From NCBI GenBank assembly GCA_035714745.1, contig DASTLR010000007.1, positions 70,205 to 134,204 on the forward strand: a stretch of DNA of 64,000 nt. Direction: 5' to 3'. Of this stretch, positions 59,716 to 64,000 are shown piece after piece. The notes below the pieces were generated by a model, which searched no databases, had not been told where the DNA came from, and saw only the letters and a program-made list of their open reading frames with translations. Position numbers and translations under genes: made by a program. This stretch comes from Minisyncoccota bacterium (lineage in GTDB: Bacteria; Patescibacteriota; Minisyncoccia; Phycocordibacterales; UBA6065). Within the stretch, counting starts at the first letter, position 1, and each line of letters starts with the position of its first letter.

Positions 59716-60381
59716 TTATTTGGCGGCGCGCGTAGGCTTGATGAGGTTCAGGTTGCCAAGAGCCTCGATGGTGGCGCGAGCGATGTTCAGCTTGTTCTTC
59801 GAAGGAGAGATGATCTTTGCGGCCACGTTCTTGAGGCCGGCGAGTTCCAAGACGGTTCGCGCGGACGATCCGGCGACCAGGCCGCGGTCCTTCACCGGTC
59901 GGACGGTCACGCGGGCAGAGGCGTATTTGGCCGAAACCTCGTGAGGGATGGACATCTCCTTGGTGGCGTTCACCTGGACCATGTTCTTTTTGGCGTGTCG
60001 GGTAGCCTTATCGATGGCCAGAGCGGTATCGCCCGCCTTGCCCAGGCCTACTCCCACCTTGCCCTTGCGGTCTCCGGCGACCAGGGCCACGGAGAAGGAG
60101 AATCGGCGTCCGCCGGATACGGTTCGGGAGACGCGTCGGATGTTGAGCATGACGCTGTCGAACTCAGGCTTGGCGCGAGGGGCGCGGGTATCGCCCTTTC
60201 GAGGGCCGCGGGCGCCGCCGCGAGGGCCTGCGCCGCGCTCGCTGCCGCGAAAGCCGCGGAAGTCTCGGTCGCGGTTCTCGACGGGCGCCGCTCCCGCTGG
60301 AGCAGCCGAAGGAGCCACAGGGGCTGCCGGCGCCTGTGCGACCGTCTTATTCTCCGAGTTATTGGTGCTTTCTGGATTCAT
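59716..60381 (-). CDS. rpsE: 30S ribosomal protein S5, with a ~60-aa low-complexity N-terminal extension
   Basis: S5 dsRBD and C-terminal domain (RRFSFSVALVAGD...GLVAGSSARTVLELAG). Confidence 0.85.
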   Translation of the reverse strand: MNPESTNNSENKTVAQAPAAPVAPSAAPAGAAPVENRDRDFRGFRGSERGAGPRGGARGPRKGDTRAPRAKPEFDSVMLNIRRVSRTVSGGRRFSFSVALVAGDRKGKVGVGLGKAGDTALAIDKATRHAKKNMVQVNATKEMSIPHEVSAKYASARVTVRPVKDRGLVAGSSARTVLELAGLKNVAAKIISPSKNKLNIARATIEALGNLNLIKPTRAAK

Positions 60382-60386
60382 GGTGT

Positions 60387-60731
60387 TTAAAATGTAAGTC
60401 CCCCTTCGCGCGCTCCGTCGGCCAAGGCCTTGACGCGGCCCTTGAAGCCGAAGCCGCCGCGGTCAAAGACGACGGCCTTGATCTTGAGGGCCTGGGCCTT
60501 CTCGGCGATGGCCTTGCCGACCTTGTGGGCCACCTCGCCCTTCTTGCCCTTGATGTCGAAGGAGTTCGCCTGGGCGAGGGTCCTCTGCGCGGCGTCGTCG
60601 ATGAGCTGGGCGTACATGAACTTGTTCGAGCGGAAGACGGCCAGTCGAGGCGTCTGCGCCGTGCCAGAGAGGCGCGTGCGGATCTTGGCGTGCCTTCGAG
60701 TCCTCTTGATCTTTTTAATATTGGTCTTCAT
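60387..60731 (-). CDS. rplR: 50S ribosomal protein L18
   Basis: [18 protein letters not shown].. Confidence 0.85.
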   Translation of the reverse strand: MKTNIKKIKRTRRHAKIRTRLSGTAQTPRLAVFRSNKFMYAQLIDDAAQRTLAQANSFDIKGKKGEVAHKVGKAIAEKAQALKIKAVVFDRGGFGFKGRVKALADGAREGGLTF

Positions 60732-60736
60732 ATGTG

Positions 60737-61264
60737 TTATGCGGCTTTCTTACCCTGCTTGCGGCGGATGACCTCGTCCTCGTAGCGGATGCCCTTGCCC
60801 TTGTACGGCTCCGGCTTCTTGTACGCGCGGATCTTGGCGGCCATCTCGCCTACCTTCTCGTTCGAGACGCCCGAGATGGTGATGACGTTCTTCTCGGCGG
60901 TCACTTTCAGGTCCTTCGGGATCTCGATGGATACCGGGTGCGAGAAGCCCAAGGCCAGGTCCAGCTTGGCGCCCTTGACGTCAGACTTGAATCCGATGCC
61001 CTCGACGACCAGCTTCTTCTGAAAGCCCGCGGTCACGCCCTTGAGCATGTTCTTGAGGTGGGAGGCATAGGTTCCCCACAGCATGTAATCCTCGGGCCTA
61101 TGGAGGGTCACGGTGACGGCGTTGTTCTCGACCTTGAACTCGATGCCCGGCTTGAAGTCGCGGGAGATCTCGCCCAAAGGACCCCTGACCGTGACGGTCT
61201 GGTTATTGACCGCTACGGTGACCTTGTCGGGGACGGCTATCGGCTTTTTTGCTACGCGTGACAT
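60737..61264 (-). CDS. rplF: 50S ribosomal protein L6
   Basis: [16 protein letters not shown]... Confidence 0.85.
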   Translation of the reverse strand: MSRVAKKPIAVPDKVTVAVNNQTVTVRGPLGEISRDFKPGIEFKVENNAVTVTLHRPEDYMLWGTYASHLKNMLKGVTAGFQKKLVVEGIGFKSDVKGAKLDLALGFSHPVSIEIPKDLKVTAEKNVITISGVSNEKVGEMAAKIRAYKKPEPYKGKGIRYEDEVIRRKQGKKAA

Positions 61265-61301
61265 GGGAGTGAAAGTTAGAAGTTAGAATCTAGAATGTGG
61301 A

Positions 61302-61694
61302 TTACCAGATCTGGAAGAGGACCTCGCCGCCGACCTTTTGCTTGCGCGCCTCGTCGTCCGAGAGCACGCCCTTTGGCGTCGAGATGAACGTCGAAGCGTA
61401 TCCCTGCTTTATCGGGAAGATCTCCTCATAGCCCTTGTAGATGCGCTTGGAAGGCTTGGAGATGCGCTTGACGTCATTGATGCGGGCCTTGCCGTTGACG
61501 TAGATGAGGCCGATCTCCAGGGTCTTGCCTGCCACCTTCTTGCCATGGGCGACGGCTGGCTTCACATAGCCCTTTCGAGAGAGAGCCTCGACGACGGCCA
61601 TGGTGAAATTGGAAAGAGGAACGGTGGCCGATTCTTTCTTGGCGGCCGATCCGTTCTTGAGGTTCGTAATGAGATTTGATATTGGGTCTCGCAT
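61302..61694 (-). CDS. rpsH: 30S ribosomal protein S8
   Basis: DPISNLITNLKNG.. Confidence 0.85.
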   Translation of the reverse strand: MRDPISNLITNLKNGSAAKKESATVPLSNFTMAVVEALSRKGYVKPAVAHGKKVAGKTLEIGLIYVNGKARINDVKRISKPSKRIYKGYEEIFPIKQGYASTFISTPKGVLSDDEARKQKVGGEVLFQIW

Positions 61695-61766
61695 GGTGTT
61701 TAGCGTCTCGTCCTCGGCTGTGTACTGGGTGTTCCCCCGGGGACGACTGCCTAAATTAATAATGGT

Positions 61767-61952
61767 CTACCAAGACGACTTCTTTATTCCCGGGATGAGC
61801 CCGTCGTTGGCGAGCTCTCGGAAGCAGATGCGGCAGGTTCCGAAGTCCCGCATGAAGCCGTTCTTGCGGCCGCAGCGGAAGCAGCGTCGAACCACCCTCG
61901 TGGAGAACTTGGGTTTCTTGTTCGCTCGCGCTATGACTGAGGTCTTTGCCAT
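61767..61952 (-). CDS. rpsZ: 30S ribosomal protein S14, type Z (zinc-binding short form)
   Basis: 61 aa with CxxC..CxxC (CFRCGRK...CRICFRE). Confidence 0.85.
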   Translation of the reverse strand: MAKTSVIARANKKPKFSTRVVRRCFRCGRKNGFMRDFGTCRICFRELANDGLIPGIKKSSW

Positions 61953-61997
61953 ATCCTGCTGGGAAAAATAAAAAGCTTTGAAAAAGCTCGTCTGGGC

Positions 61998-62026
61998 ATA
62001 CTAGCAAACGCTTACCCGTATGTCAA
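61998..62026 (-). promoter_or_regulatory. Internal consensus promoter TTGACA-N17-TAGTAT restarting transcription of rpsZ-rpsH-rplF-rplR-rpsE-rplO-secY
   Basis: The reverse complement of 62021-62026 is TTGACA and of 61998-62003 is TAGTAT. A ~38-nt leader runs to the rpsZ ATG. Confidence 0.55.
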
Positions 62027-62115
62027 ATATAAGGCTTTATTTGATAGAAAGACCAAAAAAGCCCATACTTCGGATATTACGTTGTATTGAGACGATTCAT
62101 TGTTTGATCAAAAAG

Positions 62116-62140
62116 CCCCGCAATTTTTGGGGGTTTTTGA
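62116..62140 (-). terminator. Weak GC-hairpin terminator after the inserted surface-protein gene (CCCC-N9-GGGG followed by CTTTTTG on the minus strand)
   Basis: 4-5 bp G/C stem with flanking A5/T5 runs on both strands. Confidence 0.35.
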
Positions 62141-62151
62141 TCAGTTATTGT

Positions 62152-63651
62152 TTATTCCGCGCTTTCTACGGCTGCTGAGGAAGTACCTTGAGCCGGGACT
62201 TCAGCCGCGACAGCCTGTGTCTCCCCTGATTCGACAATAGGTGCTTCGGCGACAATGACAGTCTCGCTCATCGCTTCGACTGGCGCCACCTCGACCGAGG
62301 AGGAGGCCTCGATAACCGGAGTGATAGGGGCGACAACCGGCCCCTCTTCCTTCACCACCTGGATCCTTGGCCCTACGACATAGTTTTCCTTTGTCAGGTC
62401 CGCCGTGTCCGTCGTGAAATAGCGCCCGACGATATATCCTGCAGTACCATTGAAGCGAGCCAAGGTGACGTCGATGAATGCTTTATCGGCTGGAATATCG
62501 ATGTATTTGTTGCAGATATTGGCATCGCCTTCTGCCGAGACAGCGCCATCGATCGCGCACCTCAACATGAACCTGGCGGAAGCCGCGTTCGCAGGAGCTT
62601 TGAGCGATATCCTGACCGTCTGGCCAAGAGATATCGTCGTGCTATCGACAGTCACTACGGGCGATTCATTGATCACCGTAGAGCCAATAGCGAAACCGTT
62701 GTCGCTCGAATCACCAGGAGCCGACGCTCCCAGCGCGACGATCCCTAAGCTATAAATCGATTTTCCTGAATAGTCAGACATAGTAAAATCCAAATCGGAC
62801 TGAGGCGAGGCAGGGATCACCCAGTCATAGCTACCTCTATTGGCTATAAACGGAGAAACAGGCAGAATTGCAGGGTTTCCCTGCCGCACAGCAAAGAGAG
62901 TCAACTGCACTTGGTTACGAGGGTCTCCACCCGTCCAGGTCACGTGCAGAGTATCCCCAACCTTATAGGTCTCTCCCCCGTTAGGGCTGAGTAACTTTAA
63001 GGGCGCGATGATATAGAAGCCTTCCGTGCGAGCCTTGACCGACTCGTTCGGGTCGATCGAGCCGCTCGCATCAGCTTTATAGACTTCGACATAGTACTTC
63101 CCGGAAGCAATGTCGCCGGGAATCTTCCAAGAATATGCGGCGTCAGTCGATGCGACAGTCGCTATATAGGTGGTGCTTGCCATGCTTTCTGACCTAAGCT
63201 CGATGTACAGAGTCGATCCTGCAGGAAAATCCACGGCGTCCCATCGGATCGGAAGCGCGGCGCCTGTCGCATAGCTTTCTCCTGAAGTCGGAGCGACGAT
63301 CGAGACAGAAGCAGGCGCGACGATAGAAACGGCCTCAAGTGAAGGGCTCGAGACGGATGGCGAAGTCGCCCCCGCCGACGTGGCAACAGCCACAGCGCGC
63401 CCAGAGCTCACGCCGCCTGACCCGCCTGAGCCACCGCCGCCCACAGAGGCATTCGGCAGAGGCTTCGAGAGCGTCGCGGCTACAAAAGCACGGGCGGCAG
63501 GCGCTTTCGCCGGCTCGATGATACCCAGGTTGATGAAAAGGTCTACCATCTGGCCAAGCGTGAGCTCAACGGCCGATGCCGGGCGTGCGACAAAAGACGC
63601 CGTAAGGGCGAGGACGGCAACCGCGAATGCAAGGGCTGATTTCTTGATCAT
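62152..63651 (-). CDS. Secreted surface protein (499 aa) with two Ig-like Ser/Thr-rich (Kre9/KNH-like) repeats and an acidic C-terminus, inserted inside the spc ribosomal operon
   Basis: Signal peptide MIKKSALAFAVAVLALTASFVARPASA. Gly-Ser linker. Repeats SGKYYVEVY and YKVGDTLHVTWTGG. Has its own promoter and flanking terminators. Confidence 0.6.
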   Translation of the reverse strand: MIKKSALAFAVAVLALTASFVARPASAVELTLGQMVDLFINLGIIEPAKAPAARAFVAATLSKPLPNASVGGGGSGGSGGVSSGRAVAVATSAGATSPSVSSPSLEAVSIVAPASVSIVAPTSGESYATGAALPIRWDAVDFPAGSTLYIELRSESMASTTYIATVASTDAAYSWKIPGDIASGKYYVEVYKADASGSIDPNESVKARTEGFYIIAPLKLLSPNGGETYKVGDTLHVTWTGGDPRNQVQLTLFAVRQGNPAILPVSPFIANRGSYDWVIPASPQSDLDFTMSDYSGKSIYSLGIVALGASAPGDSSDNGFAIGSTVINESPVVTVDSTTISLGQTVRISLKAPANAASARFMLRCAIDGAVSAEGDANICNKYIDIPADKAFIDVTLARFNGTAGYIVGRYFTTDTADLTKENYVVGPRIQVVKEEGPVVAPITPVIEASSSVEVAPVEAMSETVIVAEAPIVESGETQAVAAEVPAQGTSSAAVESAE

Positions 63652-63707
63652 ATTGAGTAGTTATACCTTAGGTTCTGGTAAAAGTCTTACCCGGGCCTTA
63701 TTTCTAT

Positions 63708-63735
63708 ATTATATCACTTATAAAATTAATGTCAA
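63708..63735 (-). promoter_or_regulatory. Perfect consensus promoter TTGACA-N16-TATAAT for the inserted surface-protein gene
   Basis: The reverse complement of 63730-63735 is TTGACA and of 63708-63713 is TATAAT. A ~55-nt leader runs to the ATG at 63651. Confidence 0.6.
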
Positions 63736-63748
63736 TATATCCCTCAAC

Positions 63749-63769
63749 AAAAAACCGCCCCGTGGCGGC
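63749..63769 (-). terminator. Intrinsic terminator after rplE (GCCGCC-acgg-GGCGG followed by T6 on the minus strand)
   Basis: Hairpin followed by TTTTTTG immediately after the rplE stop at 63785-63787. Confidence 0.6.
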
Positions 63770-63786
63770 TTCTTTGTGGCTGTATT

Positions 63787-64000
63787 AGGCCTTCTTAATC
63801 GGGAATCCGAGGAGCTCCAAGAACTTCTTGGTCTGGGCCTTCTCGCGGACGTTCGTGACGACGGTCACGCCGAGGCCGAAGACGTCCTTGAGCTCTTCGT
63901 CGGTAGCCTCAGGGAAGATCGAGTGCTCCTTGATGCCGATAGAATACCCGCCCATGCCGTCCATCGAGGTGGCTGGCAGGCCGCGGAAGTCCTTGGTTCG
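63787..64000 (-). CDS. rplE: 50S ribosomal protein L5 (C-terminal part; gene continues beyond the window)
   Basis: The translated C-terminus ..GMGGYSIGIKEHSIFPEATDEELKDVFGLGVTVVTNVREKAQTKKFLELLGFPIKKA matches the L5 C-terminal domain. Confidence 0.8.

Overview
High-GC (~60-63%) bacterial chromosome segment of about 76 protein genes, 3 tRNAs and a tmRNA. Several hallmarks fit a Patescibacteria/CPR-like organism. The spc ribosomal operon has no L30 gene between rpsE and rplO and uses a Zn-type short S14. NDK is unusually long. A complete type IV pilus/competence locus is present but has no secretin. The adjacent efflux pump has no outer-membrane factor. Recognisable content, in order: a probable cobalamin riboswitch (5' truncated by the window edge) in front of a DUF4430-like secreted protein and a CbrT-like membrane protein; CcdA plus a membrane thioredoxin; tRNA-Met; a HEPN-like membrane protein; gatCA; dgkA; ligA; a 19-gene T4P block (four minor pilins, pilD, three pilin paralogs, pilC, pilT, a CheY-like receiver, pilB, pilO/N/M) next to comF; idi; a leaderless P-loop kinase-CYTH fusion; tRNA-Ser; a heterodimeric ABC exporter; a MutY/Nth-like glycosylase; recG; a lower-GC patch with a methyltransferase, a RelB/DinJ-YafQ toxin-antitoxin pair and a Nudix-like gene; an RND pump with a long adaptor; tRNA-Ile with the rare UAU anticodon; ftsH; smpB followed by tmRNA with a duplicated 3' end (a likely remnant of an ssrA-targeting island); MOSC; zupT; msrAB next to a second CcdA/thioredoxin module; an XRE regulator; infC-rpmI-rplT; a lower-GC two-gene insertion (GNAT-like protein plus APH-like kinase) behind a beta-CASP RNase; ndk-map-adk; and secY back to rplE, where the operon is split by a promoter-bearing secreted Ig-like protein gene. 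Many genes appear leaderless, with TATACT/TATAAT -10 boxes 6-8 nt before the start codon. The six-frame track calls TTG (and possibly other non-ATG) start codons as M. Coordinates derived by hand are +/-1-2 nt. No CRISPR array, rRNA or transposase was seen.
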